Source: Psammoneis japonica (Eukaryota). From it: a stretch of 64,000 nt of DNA. The stretch is from the NCBI GenBank assembly GCA_008632985.1, contig QPGO01000086.1:62001-126000 (forward strand). The letters run 5' to 3'. A program made the position numbers and the translations under genes. This document shows positions 11,563 through 23,149 of this stretch, in pieces; the first letter of the stretch is position 1, and every line of letters starts with the position of its first letter. Under the pieces are notes generated by a model. That model did no database searches, was not told the DNA's origin, and worked only from the letters and a program-made list of their open reading frames with translations.

Positions 11563-13185
11563 AATGGGGCTTGCTGATGGTGCCGTGCAAGTTGACGGCT
11601 AAGGCTACAATTATTTGCCATGGTGTTGCGCCGCACCGAGCGATGTGAGTTCGGCGAGGGCGATGGATGAGGATTGACGGACAGACGTTCCGGAAAGTGT
11701 TCGTCCGTCCGTCCATCCACGCGACAATAACCCTGACCGCCCGCCCGCCCTGCGACCGCGGTTCTCGCATTCGCCAATGGCCCAATGGCGTCGCTTTCGC
11801 CGTGTGATTTCTTCTTCAAACAAAAGTGCGGGCCTCTTACTGATGTGTGTGTGATTCAATGCAATCAAGGCATATGGTGCACATGTTCTGCTTGGCAGCT
11901 ATTTTTCTGGCTCTTTGTCATTGCAGCCGACACGAGTTTTCCATGCAGAAGGCATGCACTCAATGACGCAATGATTGCCGACGTCTCTCATGTGCCGTCA
12001 GCAGTCGATCTTCAACGAAATGAATTTTTGAGTTTCGATTCAATTGAGGATCTGTTCCATACTTACTCAGTGATTGACCATCCGAAACAAGTACACAGAA
12101 TTGTGCTGCCAGCGAAAAAATTGATCAAAGAACTGAAACAGATTCGTTAGAAAGCGCAAGCGTCACATGCCATTCAATAGGGAGACTGCTAGTTCTATCA
12201 AGAGCGAGATGATGTTGGTGGGAATGGAAGCAATTGTAACCAGGGTACTGCGTCAATGACGCGAAACGAAGAATGGGAATATTGATATCGTCCGAGAAAG
12301 GCAACAGTAGTAGAGGAGGTTGGCGTTGTGTGTGGGAAGGGGACACGGAGCGAGCAGTGGTATTTTGCGAATTCTTTCCTTGTTCAGTTTAAAAGCTAGT
12401 CGTGGTCAAATAGGATGCTGGGGTGAATCTCCAAGAGTATCCAATCGCAACGAAAAGTGTGGAAAGGTAGAACACTACCAATGCAATGTGACTCAATGAG
12501 GATGGAGTTGTCTGGGATGTAATATCTCATCAATGAGATGCTTTGTGTTCTTGATGGTTCCGTTGAAGAATCGAAAATGCCGCTGTAACATTCCCCGGAA
12601 GCACAAAGAGAGTTGGAGCAAAGTTACGAAACCGGAGTTGCTTTAGATTGAAACGCGAGAGGTTGTTCACTGTCAGTTTTCCAGGGGCGGAACGACGTGC
12701 GGCGACACGCATTGTTTGGAATGTGCATAAAGATCAAATGGAAACATTTGTTCTCTCTTCTTCTAGATTCCAAGGAAAGACAGGGACATTGTCTCTTAAG
12801 TTGGAAGTAGAAAGAGGGCGTCGAGAATCTTGGACAATGGCTTGGCGACTAACGGCAGGCTCTAAGAAGCGTGGCAAGATAGGAAAGCGACCGCGAGAAA
12901 CGACTAGCAAGGAGAGATTTGCGTTGTCTGGGACGTGTTTGCTGATCATCGGGAAATTATGTGCTCTCTTTCTTGTTGAGTTCAAAGAAAGAGAGTGACA
13001 CTGCATCGCTCATTAGAAACACAAAGAAGCTGGAGAGAATCTCGTAGATTGGTTGTTCGATCAACGAAAAGCTTGGCGCAAGTCGTGAGAAGCGACTCAA
13101 GAGACTGGTATTTTTTGGGGGCACTGCAACGCTTGTTGGAATCACAAAGAGCGCGGCAAGAAACTTTGATGGCTAGCTAGAAAGC

Positions 13186-13380
13186 GTGGCCAGTAAAAGA
13201 AGCATCCGCGATAATCGACCCGAGGAGATTGGTGTTGCTTGGGAGGTAGTTGCAGAATTATTTGTGACTATGTTTTTGTTGTTCTATCATTTGAAGAAAC
13301 GTAATGGACATTGTAAAGTACCATGGGACCACGACGCAGGCTGGAAGGCTCTCGGGAATTGGTTTCGGGGGCGCAACTAG
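13186..13380 (+). pseudogene. Helicase-associated (HA) domain remnant
   Basis: RPEEIGVAWE...LKKRNGHCKVP...LGNW resembles the HA-repeat consensus; no intact long ORF around it. Confidence 0.55.
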
Positions 13381-13527
13381 AGAAGGTTGGAGTGGTGCGT
13401 GATATTATTGTACGCGAAAGAAATGCTACGAATCGCAGTTCTAAGTAGTTTAATCCTGCAGGTCTTACAAGTCGGCGGACAGGTATGGTTCGTCCTCTTC
13501 CGGCTAGATAGCAGCTGCGATAGTTAG

Positions 13528-14523
13528 CTAGACATCTTGAATGTATTCACGAACGCCATATTCTTCCGAAAAGATCTGCCAAAGCTCCTGCCGTTCTTCA
13601 TCTTCTGTACTTATAATGTGCGGCAATTTGCAGAGTAGGACAACTGCCGAACAAAGCATAAGCCCAAGAGATGTGCAGACGTAGATAGAGAAGAATGTGT
13701 CCGGATCTATAAATCTTGACTGCATGGATTTACCCCCTTCATATGTCGTCAAGAAGAAGAAAATGGAGGGGATGTGTAATGCATCTAGCATGAACATGGA
13801 CGCATGGGAATAGTACCAATACCGCGATGAAGAAGCCCGAGGTAAAATGAGTGGCAGTGCAAGTTGAGCCAGCCATATCGAACCAAAGAGCATCAAGGGA
13901 AAGAGAAAAATGTCTGGCGCAATGTCATCATACGAATGAACGAGTCCAAAGACCCAACCAATCGGGAAAACAAGGCGACGACAGAATTTTGCCAATCGTC
14001 CAATACGTGAATTGTTGACTTGACTACGATGATCCCATTGGCTACTCAACGAGGAGTCAATAGGCCGGGCTAGTTCTCGTTGGTTCGGTGCCGACGATGG
14101 CAGCAGTAATCTCGGTAGGGCAAGCCGTTCTCGCAGTGCCTGTCGGGTTTTTGGAAATTGCCTCGAAATGGCGACCACGGTGTAAACGAGCAAAATCGGA
14201 ATGATCAATTGAACATTTAGCATTGCCGCCTGACAATCGCCAATGTCATCGCAAACTACAAGCAAAAGAACCAGTGCGTGAAAGGTGTCCAAACACCGGA
14301 AACTGAATCCTTTGTCTTTTGTTCTTTTCGTCGTCTGCTGCATGTGAAGGACAAGGAATCGCACAAGTAGGAAGGTCACTAGGCAAAGGACAAAGCTGGA
14401 CGGCATTGGGATTGCTATGTCATAGCAAACATCGTCAAGAAGATGCTGAAACAACAATGACACGTGGGTGACAATGTAAAATGGAAGCCTCCAGCGAATT
14501 TTGAAGCTGCGATGAATCATCAC
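13528..14523 (-). CDS. Hypothetical multi-pass membrane protein
   Basis: 331-aa ORF with several hydrophobic segments; no recognised family; start uncertain. Confidence 0.55.
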   Translation of the reverse strand: MMIHRSFKIRWRLPFYIVTHVSLLFQHLLDDVCYDIAIPMPSSFVLCLVTFLLVRFLVLHMQQTTKRTKDKGFSFRCLDTFHALVLLLVVCDDIGDCQAAMLNVQLIIPILLVYTVVAISRQFPKTRQALRERLALPRLLLPSSAPNQRELARPIDSSLSSQWDHRSQVNNSRIGRLAKFCRRLVFPIGWVFGLVHSYDDIAPDIFLFPLMLFGSIWLAQLALPLILPRASSSRYWYYSHASMFMLDALHIPSIFFFLTTYEGGKSMQSRFIDPDTFFSIYVCTSLGLMLCSAVVLLCKLPHIISTEDEERQELWQIFSEEYGVREYIQDV

Positions 14524-14894
14524 GACACTTTTCTTCTGTTGTCGTTCAACCTCTGGAATTGGAGGTCGTAGTCAGTGTGGTGCTGATACAACTGTAAGAG
14601 TACAGAAAACAGTGACAAATCAAGGACAACATTTACTACGATGGTCGATGTGGTCTCGCATTTCGTTCCTCATTTTTTTCGTTTGTTTCGTTTGACGGTC
14701 ATTGAAGTGATTGACACTTTCCGATCTTTGGACAAATACCGCCAGCTGTAGCTTTTTTGTGTGCTTGTCTGTGTTTTGATGCCGCACTGCTGGCTGCATA
14801 AAAAAATGACGGTCGCTGTCTGTGTGTATGTGCATGCCATCGCTACGAAACACCGAAGGGGATGCACCATTGCCCAGACGTCTTCCAACCATAC

Positions 14895-15560
14895 ACTCAC
14901 AATGACTGTGGCTCTCACAGTGTGAGAGATTCTCACGAGGTTGTGAATTTTCTCTGGCAGAGCCACATGCACTGACATGCCAGCAACTCCTGCAATGTGG
15001 AGGTGGCAACTGCATTGTCCAAAGTTTTCAAAGCTCTCTGCTGACACAGAAATTGAGCACCGCCAATGGTGCACTTCTTTCCAGGTTGCTCCCTGCCCTC
15101 TCTCTCTCTGTCCAGCAGCACCAGAGCTTTCATTGAGAGGGCAATGCTGTGTCCCGCCAGTGTGGTTGGCGACAACGAATGACTGTCACAATGGAGGTGC
15201 ACAAATGTTGCAAAAGTGGTTCAAAAATGGGTTGGCAAAATCTCATTGGATGGGAGGTGCGGCCCGGCCACATGCCACAGAGCAGGAGAGAGAGAAAGGT
15301 TCCCATCTCCCGAAGATGCGAGAGAGTGGCCCGAGTTGCCGTGGCATTGGAGAGGCAGAGATTATGCTGCACTGCTCACTTGGTCCCAAACCTGAAAACA
15401 CAGTGGAGTGAAGTGCACCAGTTTACAGATTGTGGTAAAAGGGATGAGAAAAATGAAGAGAAGAAGTGAGGCGGCATTGACAGCAGGAACCTGTGGATCG
15501 CATCGATCATGTTTGGACTGGAGGGTCTGTCCCCCCATCAGGGGATCTCAATTTCCTCTC
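14895..15560. repeat. TpA/CpG-depleted decayed block B
   Basis: No TA seen by eye between about 14895 and 15361; TG/CA-rich; lies between two normal genes. Confidence 0.7.
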
Positions 15561-15632
15561 AAATTCATTATGATATTCTCGAAGTCGGCAATGGGCGCCA
15601 CCGCTGCCGCGTACCTTTGAACTTTGACCGAC

Positions 15633-16805
15633 ATGACAGTGGGAGGAAGTGGTAATCAGACGACTCTTACTGTTGGATGTGGAGTTCTTGCGGTGTTGTT
15701 GATTTTTTGTGCCTCGCCAGCCTATTCCTGGACAACATCAACACGGCCTTGTAGTTCTCGCTCGCTCAGTCAGTCGAGGATAGCAAGCACAACCTCTCGT
15801 GCGCTTGCCATGAAGAAGGAATCGGATTCACAATCGATCGGACCATTGAAGATTGAATGCTCTAAGCAAGCTCAAGACAAATTCAAGGGCAAAAATGTTC
15901 TCCTGACGGGTGCATCAGGTGGTTTGGGGCGATCTCTGGCTTTGCATTTGGCAGGTTGCGGAGTATCAACACTTGTTCTGAGCGGCAGAAATGAGGAGAG
16001 TTTGAACGAGGTTGCGCAAGAATGTCATAGTATTGCCATGTCCTCTAAACCTCTTGATATTCAAGTTCTTACTTGTGATTTGGGGGATGCAGAGTCAGTT
16101 TCAAAACTGGGAGAAGAAGCCTTGCGCAGAGTGGGAAAGATCGACGTCCTCGTCAACAATGGTGGAGTGTCGAGTCGTTCGCGGTTTTTGGATACAAAAT
16201 ACGAAGTGGATGAAAAGGTTATGCGGATAAACTTTCTATCTGGCGTCAGCTTGGCCAAGGCTCTCGTACCAGGCATGGTGGAACGCAAGAACGGTATGAT
16301 TCTCTGGATTAGCAGCGTCCAGGGACTTGTCGGTATTCCCAATCGAACAAGCTATGCAGCCTCCAAGTTTGCAGTCCAGGGCTATTGTGAGGCACTTCGT
16401 GGTGAGCTGGCATCCAGTGGAGTGTCGGTTCATGTTGCGTCTCCAGGATACATTCGAACGAATCTCAGCCGTTCTGCGATTCGTGGAGACGGAGAAAAGT
16501 ACGGAAAGATGGACGAGACGACTGCCAACGGTAAAGTATTTCTCATTGCCTTTTGTAGTGAAGCCATGTTCACGTGTGAGATGCTATCACTTATCGACTT
16601 ATTTGCACTGTTGTTTCAAATAGGAGCGGACCCGGACGAAGTCGCTGCATCCATTCTTGACTCGGTCGCCAAGGGCAAGGCAGATTTTGTGGTTGCATCG
16701 AGCACGTCTGCCAAGGCTGCGATTTGGTTGCGTCTTTTGGCGCCCTCATTTTTGAACTCAATGCTAGAAAAACGATACGAAAAATCTCTTGCGGAAGAAA
16801 AGTGA
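15633..16805 (+). CDS. Short-chain dehydrogenase/reductase, DHRS7/7B-like; in-frame intron 16531-16623
   Basis: TGASGGLG, NNGG, YAASKFA, SPGYIRT motifs; 93-bp gtaaag...aatag intron removes the non-conserved KVFLIAF...FQI stretch. Confidence 0.88.
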   Translation: MTVGGSGNQTTLTVGCGVLAVLLIFCASPAYSWTTSTRPCSSRSLSQSRIASTTSRALAMKKESDSQSIGPLKIECSKQAQDKFKGKNVLLTGASGGLGRSLALHLAGCGVSTLVLSGRNEESLNEVAQECHSIAMSSKPLDIQVLTCDLGDAESVSKLGEEALRRVGKIDVLVNNGGVSSRSRFLDTKYEVDEKVMRINFLSGVSLAKALVPGMVERKNGMILWISSVQGLVGIPNRTSYAASKFAVQGYCEALRGELASSGVSVHVASPGYIRTNLSRSAIRGDGEKYGKMDETTANGKVFLIAFCSEAMFTCEMLSLIDLFALLFQIGADPDEVAASILDSVAKGKADFVVASSTSAKAAIWLRLLAPSFLNSMLEKRYEKSLAEEK

Positions 16806-17030
16806 ACAATGAAAAGAAGTATTACCACCATACTGTAGTGCCTTCAGTAGCGACTGCCACATGTCTCATCTCACACCAGACCGGGGATATAGAGGATCGG
16901 GACCTTAAAAAATACTGGCTTGGTTTCAAATTGCTGTCTCTACGCTTTGCGCTCTCACTACTTTCCATATCGTTTATCTCTACTAATCGGCAACATCCCG
17001 TTGCCCTCCCCACTGTCGCTTTGCCCGCTC

Positions 17031-18389
17031 TTACTCACTGGATCCTTCTTCGTTGCCATCATGTACATCCTCCACATCACTGTCCGACTCGGTGCCGTCC
17101 CATTCAAAATCGAACGACGAATAAATCGTCGCCAAGCACTCAGGACGCTCTTCGCCGTCGCTATACCAAACGATGCCAGATCCAATCCACTCGATGGGCG
17201 TCCATTCCTCCACTACATCCACATGCTTACGGAGTTTCTTGAGCGTACTGAATCCAAAAGCTTGGGGGCAAAGGCGAAGCCTCTTGAGTCTGGAACGTGC
17301 ATTATGCTGGATGGCCTTGAGTAACAAACCACCGGATTTATCCGCGTTCGCATTGGTCATCATGCAGCAGGCTTTTCTGATGCCTCGATCCTGAAACATC
17401 AACAAAGATTCCACGGAAGTATTCATGGAAAAGGCGAAAGCCAATGCCTTGATACCGAGTTCTCCATAGTGCTTGCTGAAAGCATCAGCGCAGCTGGAAA
17501 GATTCAACGTCTTGTACTTTGTGCACTTCTCGTGGGCAAGGCAGTACGCAAGGACGACGAGAAAGTCATCCAAGGTGATTTCTGGACCCGGATAGTCATC
17601 AAGCTTGGCTTCTTGGCCGTTACCCTCGAGTTTCTTTTTCCAAATGTAGCGGTCATAGAGGTAAAGAAACCTAAGAAAGGTTTCGTCAGCCTCTTGGCCG
17701 AGGAGGAGCAAACGTCCCTCACCGGACCAAAGATGATCCATGAGAATATCCTTGAGCAAACATGGAGCGACTTTCTTGTACTCTTCTTGCTTGACATCTC
17801 CTTCTTGTAAGCATTGTTCAAAGCACGATTGGCAATAAGTTTTGGCACGTCCTGATTCAAAGGCCTCGAACCATTCGAGTTTTTGAATACGATCGTAGCG
17901 GAATTCCGTGTGAATCGGGATTCCACCACAACCACCGTCTCCACAATTGCAGCCACAACGACCACATTCTATCATGCAGTACCGATTCAAATGGCGGGGT
18001 GTTTGCCATTCCTCCTTGGCAATCACACGCTGCACTTCGAGCGTTAGCCAGTTTCGTGGAAAGTTGTTACCAAACAATCCACGAAAAGTAGGCGAGAGGC
18101 ACTGTTCGCCTTCACCGACAAATTCGTAAACGTTGGTTTCCGGCCACGTACGGCGGGCAACCAATTCCCACGATTCTTCCATCACCCATTCACGGGATGA
18201 CGAGAGCTGGTTGAGACGTGCCAATTCAGCAACACCAAGCCACTCGTTTGCCACCAAAAGCGGGAGAACTTTGTTTGCCAACAGGTCTTGGTGCTCTCGA
18301 GCGTTCAGCGTGGTAGACATGCGGCGGCGCTTGTTGGTGTGAACGGCATAAGACATGATGGCGAGATGGGAGAAGGGTCGTTCCGGCAC
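17031..18389 (-). CDS. Hypothetical protein (Cys-rich segment, LRR-like C-terminal part, acidic tail)
   Basis: 452-aa ORF with CxxCxCxC and CxxC motifs; start may be the downstream MSYAVH. Confidence 0.7.
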   Translation of the reverse strand: MPERPFSHLAIMSYAVHTNKRRRMSTTLNAREHQDLLANKVLPLLVANEWLGVAELARLNQLSSSREWVMEESWELVARRTWPETNVYEFVGEGEQCLSPTFRGLFGNNFPRNWLTLEVQRVIAKEEWQTPRHLNRYCMIECGRCGCNCGDGGCGGIPIHTEFRYDRIQKLEWFEAFESGRAKTYCQSCFEQCLQEGDVKQEEYKKVAPCLLKDILMDHLWSGEGRLLLLGQEADETFLRFLYLYDRYIWKKKLEGNGQEAKLDDYPGPEITLDDFLVVLAYCLAHEKCTKYKTLNLSSCADAFSKHYGELGIKALAFAFSMNTSVESLLMFQDRGIRKACCMMTNANADKSGGLLLKAIQHNARSRLKRLRLCPQAFGFSTLKKLRKHVDVVEEWTPIEWIGSGIVWYSDGEERPECLATIYSSFDFEWDGTESDSDVEDVHDGNEEGSSE

Positions 18390-18579
18390 GGCGCTTCCGT
18401 ATCTGCTGTTGACGCTGTTGTGATGAATGTTTTAATATGTCATTGCCGATGTTATTGTTTCAGATTGTTTCTTAGGCCCTATCGATGATGGGCTGATGAG
18501 TTTTACTAAGTCTTGAGTCCCGCGCGCGGTCGGGATCACTCGGGACTTAATATATCTTTCCGTTTTGGGCGCCTGTATC

Positions 18580-20137
18580 CAAGGATTTATAAGTCTGTCA
18601 GGATGTACAAGCTCCGGTACAAATCTACGCACGAGCCTGTTGCCATGCGTGGTACGAACACCGTTAAAATTTGTACTTCGTTTTACGGCAGTCTACGTAG
18701 GGCTTCTGACGGGACGAACTTATCATTTATAAATATTCATGCACAAATATCATAGATACCTCGAAGACGAAACGTGATGGAGGGGAGAAAACAGACGGCA
18801 CACGAAACGTGATGGAGGGGGGATAACAGACGGCACGAAATGTGATGGTATGGTACGGTAGGTGCGTGGCGTGGATGAAGACAGAGACACGAAATGGAAT
18901 TTCAAAAATCATAGCTCTAAAATCTGCCGCCGATTGCCAATCAACCCAATGACTGATTGATTGTTGTAACAATGAGTGATGATGTATGCTGCTGTATTTC
19001 GCCAAATTGTCATGTGTTTCGACAAGCGCTGATTCACGCTAATGATCCACTTTGGGGTCGCCCGCTGGCAAGGATACGCGTGACGCAAAACACACGATGC
19101 AAGCGTCTCGTCCAAAGCATTGTCCATTACTTGAAGCCCGAGAGAAGCACTAAAATTTTATGCATTGCCCCTCATCACTGGCCAAGAATCAAAATAAGAC
19201 ACCACCTAGATGGGAAAGATAGAGATGGAGAATGATATTGTTAGTTTGTTTGTCATGCCGGTACTGTAAATGCATGATGCATCAATACTGCTTTAAATGT
19301 AAACATACCTTATTGTACACATCCTTCAGAAGTAAACTGCACGAGATTCCAGCCCGCTCGCTCGCATTCCAATCGCAGAGTCTCCACGCCACCAAGATTT
19401 ACCCCAGTTTTCGGTCCCCGAACCCCGAACGAGGGAGTACTACTAACCGGCACTCGGCAAGGTCATGGACGTCAATATCCAACCCATTGCACATTATAAT
19501 TGTCATTATTCGTGAAAGTATCAACTGTAGCTTGCTTGGTTCAGTCCAAAAGAGAGCGTAGGACACACCACAGCCCCGTTCCGATATAAGGAAGAACATG
19601 AGTTGAAAAGAAATGGTGTCGACACCGACACGAAACTATGAGATATTGTTCGTCCGTAGGGGTGATACATTGCTCAACAGCTTCTCTATATGAGTTATAA
19701 AGACGAACATGTCAAAGAAAATGAGTGAGATGCCGAAACAAAAGCACAATATAATTCGATTGCGACAGAGAGCGATAATGAGTCTCGAACCGTGGTGTCA
19801 ATACAAAATCCTTTTTTCACCTTACAATTGGCCGCTTACCTTCGAAAAAGCAACATAAGCTGTTTCTATATGGAGATAAAGACTAGTAGATAGCGTTGGT
19901 ACTGTTGAAAGGATCGTCAATAGTCTAATAAGCGGCGCTCCGATTATCATGGTGTGTGGTGCTTTGATGAAAATGATGCGCGATCCCTTGAAAAAATGAG
20001 GATATACAAAATATACATAAATTTATTTATTTTAACGGCGGAGTTCGCACCGTCAAGATTACTTAGAGGCTGGTGACCACGCATGGCAACACGCGTTCTA
20101 CGCAGCTTGTACATCCTGACAGACTTATAAATCCTTG
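18580..20137. mobile_element. Non-autonomous hAT-like DNA transposon (1558 bp)
   Basis: Perfect 34-bp TIR caaggatttataagtctgtcaggatgtacaagct (18580-18613 / 20104-20137); 8-bp TSD cctgtatc (18572-18579 / 20138-20145); extra subterminal inverted 16-mer; no transposase ORF. Confidence 0.9.
18766..18848 (+). repeat. ~35-bp tandem repeat (about 2.5 copies) inside the hAT-like element
   Basis: acgaaacgtgatggagggg.g..aacagacggcac repeated. Confidence 0.8.
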
Positions 20138-20234
20138 CCTGTATCTTTCTGCGGTTACTGTACTTCAGTCTGCCTGCCTACCGGTAGAATTTGCGTGGCC
20201 CAGACACCTGATCGTTCATCATCGAAATCGGACA

Positions 20235-20972
20235 ATGAGCATCGCATCGTCATCGCTCCCACGGAATCAGCAACGCTCTCCTGGTGATCAACGCAATCAA
20301 TGGAACCGTATGAAGCATTACATTCGGGAGATCTTATATTTTGGTGTCAGTTTAGCAACGATTTTTGCTCAGGCGGTAATGATCCCTGCTCCTCCGAATC
20401 ATCATCGAGTGGTGCTTGTTTCGAGATTTGTGTTGATTGGAACACATCATGCGGGCAACGTTGGAGCTGCAGCACGTGCGTTAAAGACCATGGGGTTCGA
20501 TGACTTGGCATTGGTTCAGCCACGAGACCAAAAAGTCTTGAATCGGCACCGTACAAAGGAAAGTGCCAGCGGCGCAATGAATGTGCTGGAAAACACGCGT
20601 GTCTTTTCCTCGCTCGACGAAGCAGTAGCAGGCACGGATATCTGGTGTGCGACTGGTATGCCACATGATATGTACCGAAAGCGACCGGAACGATATACGT
20701 ACACTGAACCCAGACCATACTTTCAAGAGCTTTTGAACAACCATCATGCTGCAATGTTAGATTCTGTAGAAGGCATTACTTCAGAACGTGATCCTCCGAT
20801 TCGAATTTCCTTTCTCTTTGGCAACGAAAAGGTCGGAATGAAAGAAGAAGATATCGACAAATGCCATGTCATATTGGGCATTCCAACGAATCCAGAGTTT
20901 GGCTCATTGAATCTAGCATCGGCTGTGCAGCTCATTGCATACGATTGGCGACAAGCCCTGGGAGGGTTTTGA
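20235..20972 (+). CDS. SPOUT-family tRNA/rRNA 2'-O-methyltransferase, TrmJ/LasT-like
   Basis: HAGNVGAAARALKTMGF, FGNEKVGM and IPTNPEFGSLNLASAVQL motifs; start codon uncertain. Confidence 0.88.
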   Translation: MSIASSSLPRNQQRSPGDQRNQWNRMKHYIREILYFGVSLATIFAQAVMIPAPPNHHRVVLVSRFVLIGTHHAGNVGAAARALKTMGFDDLALVQPRDQKVLNRHRTKESASGAMNVLENTRVFSSLDEAVAGTDIWCATGMPHDMYRKRPERYTYTEPRPYFQELLNNHHAAMLDSVEGITSERDPPIRISFLFGNEKVGMKEEDIDKCHVILGIPTNPEFGSLNLASAVQLIAYDWRQALGGF

Positions 20973-21122
20973 CGTTGTAAAGCTACAGCCGACTTGTTGG
21001 ATACTATACGGTTGAATGGTGCTACAGTACTTTGTATGCGCATTGGAAGGATCAATTATACAAGTTATGACACACGCCTACAGTAATGTTGCACTTACAC
21101 AAGGTTCTCGTCGTTTGGTGCA

Positions 21123-22331
21123 TCACAACCGCGGTTGTGGAATGCTATCCTCGGTCAATTCAAAATCTTCAAACCACGCTAGTGCCACATCATGAAAGAA
21201 GCTTTCAAAAGCTTGACCAAAGGTCGCCATGAGCGGTAACATCCATACTATTTTTGCAGCTCCGCCGTAAATGTAACCCTCTAGCGTTTCTTCAAATGTC
21301 ACGGGTTTCTTTTCTGCATGGCGCAAGTTCTTGTTGAGCTCGTCAACATAGGCGTGCAACAACTCGTCTTGGTGTTTGCGGCGAAACTCTACATTGACAT
21401 TGAGCATAAATTGGGCCAAATCCTGTCTTCCCGATCCGACAGCCACCAGCTCCCAATCAACAAACGTCGGCGCGATACGTCCTTTTTCGTCTTGTTCCAG
21501 CATCACGTTGGCCGGCCAGAAATCTCCGTGGCACAATGTGAAGGCTTCCTTTTCAAGCTGTTGACGAGCACTTTGCCAATCGATTTTTGAAATGGACGCA
21601 TCAACCAGATTGTATACCTTGGGATTCCAGTTTGTCTTTGCCTTTTTCTTTATTTGAGTCCAGACGTTTCGAGTAATGTTTTGCTCCTTGTCCCATGACT
21701 CACGATCGTTTCCCTGCAGCCATTGCGATCCCCGACACCATGGCTTTTTCATAAAGCCATCATTACTTTCAAAACCGTTCCGCCAGAACAATGCATGGAA
21801 TTTTGCAAGGGTGCAAAAGGCAGCCTTTGCCGCTTCAAAACATGTCGGAACAACTTCGTGAGTAGCCAGTAGTTTTGGAATATCGTCATTTGCACAATAC
21901 GGATGGGACTGCATCATGGTCCATCTTCCTTCCATCGCTCTGCTAAGATCCCGTAGTACCATTAGTTTTTGACCAGTTCTTGCATCAAAGGTTGCATACT
22001 CGCACTCAATCACGCCGCACTCATTCGCTGTGCCTTGTTGTTGTTGTTGTTGTTTGAGCCACATGAAAAGCTCGCACTCTCGCGTAAGGCCCAATTCGAG
22101 ACTACGTGACAAGGAAGATTCTGGTAATTGCTTTACAATGTAGGTGGTTGGTTCCGAAGAATCTTTTCTATTGACGACCAATCGTTTCAAATTTGCCACG
22201 GCTCCACCATGATGAGAGTATGGTTCCAATCGAGCAGAAACAACGGCATATCCAAACACGTGGGACAAAACAGACGGATCTAAATCACCTTCCTTCCACC
22301 AAGATGGGTTTTGAGGGACTTGATTGGACAT
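21123..22331 (-). CDS. APH/choline kinase/ecdysteroid kinase-like phosphotransferase
   Basis: LAKFHA, TLCHGDFWPANV and VDWE..GSGRQDLAQF motifs. Confidence 0.85.
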   Translation of the reverse strand: MSNQVPQNPSWWKEGDLDPSVLSHVFGYAVVSARLEPYSHHGGAVANLKRLVVNRKDSSEPTTYIVKQLPESSLSRSLELGLTRECELFMWLKQQQQQQGTANECGVIECEYATFDARTGQKLMVLRDLSRAMEGRWTMMQSHPYCANDDIPKLLATHEVVPTCFEAAKAAFCTLAKFHALFWRNGFESNDGFMKKPWCRGSQWLQGNDRESWDKEQNITRNVWTQIKKKAKTNWNPKVYNLVDASISKIDWQSARQQLEKEAFTLCHGDFWPANVMLEQDEKGRIAPTFVDWELVAVGSGRQDLAQFMLNVNVEFRRKHQDELLHAYVDELNKNLRHAEKKPVTFEETLEGYIYGGAAKIVWMLPLMATFGQAFESFFHDVALAWFEDFELTEDSIPQPRL

Positions 22332-22642
22332 GGTAAGCTTGGAAACCTTGAATGATCTTTCCGTTTTTTTGTGATCACAAAAAAAGATCGGAAGTGATGA
22401 GTCTTCGTGTCCCGCGAACAAGAAAGAAGCGACCAAGCCCGCGAACACAAAAGAAACGTCACGTAAGTTCTACGCATTTACATACCAGCGTCTGTCTTTG
22501 CCCCGTGATCGCACAGTCGCGCGCCCGCCGCCAGCGAGGCGTACATTTTCAATTTGCAATGGCCATGGCGTTGAGGCCGCTGCGTCAGCTTTTCAACGCA
22601 TAGCAGGGAATATCGATAGCAATACTGTAGCATTAGTCTACC

Positions 22643-22885
22643 ATGGGCACAGTAAGGTCAAAGGAGGTAGTTGAAGAACAAAAAATAGTTTGTGTCGATT
22701 GTGAAAAGAGCACTCAGAAGGAACTGCCACCATCAACATCGTCAGAAGGAATGCCGTGTGAAGAACCTTACGCGGCCGTCACGGAGTGCATGAACGCAAA
22801 CAATGGACAGATTTCATCGTGTACCAAGGAGTGGGCAATGTTTCAAAAATGTCATGAAGCACATAAGCAACAACAAAATCAATGA
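22643..22885 (+). CDS. Small twin CX9C (CHCH) protein, probably mitochondrial intermembrane space
   Basis: C-EEPYAAVTE-C-x10-C-TKEWAMFQK-C in an 80-aa ORF. Confidence 0.75.
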   Translation: MGTVRSKEVVEEQKIVCVDCEKSTQKELPPSTSSEGMPCEEPYAAVTECMNANNGQISSCTKEWAMFQKCHEAHKQQQNQ

Positions 22886-22916
22886 TACAGGTTCTCGAAA
22901 AATAGCTTTGAAGCAC

Positions 22917-23149
22917 GTTGACGCTCCAATCTCTGCGCTGCATCGAGAAAGTTCGGTTTTAAATACCGTATCAAAATTGAAAGAAAACTACACTTCTGCT
23001 GTATCGATAGATTGCAATAATATTTGATGCATTTGATGCAAGTTGACGCTCCAATCTCTGCGTTTTATCGAGAAGTTGCTGTTTCAAATACCGTATCAGA
23101 ATGGAAAGAACAAACTACACTTCTGCTGTATCGATAGCATGCAATAATA
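22917..23149 (+). repeat. Diverged tandem duplication, period 125 bp, covering the stop codon and 3' flank of the Rrn7-like gene
   Basis: gttgacgctccaatctctgcg...aactacacttctgctgtatcgatag..tgcaataata at 22917 and 23042. Confidence 0.85.

Noticed and set aside
14815..14824. 10-bp reverse-complement match to 28878-28887 as a shared element end
   Set aside because: Too short and in inconsistent orientation; likely chance.
20073..20234. N-terminal extension of the TrmJ-like ORF
   Set aside because: It starts at GTG inside the transposon end.
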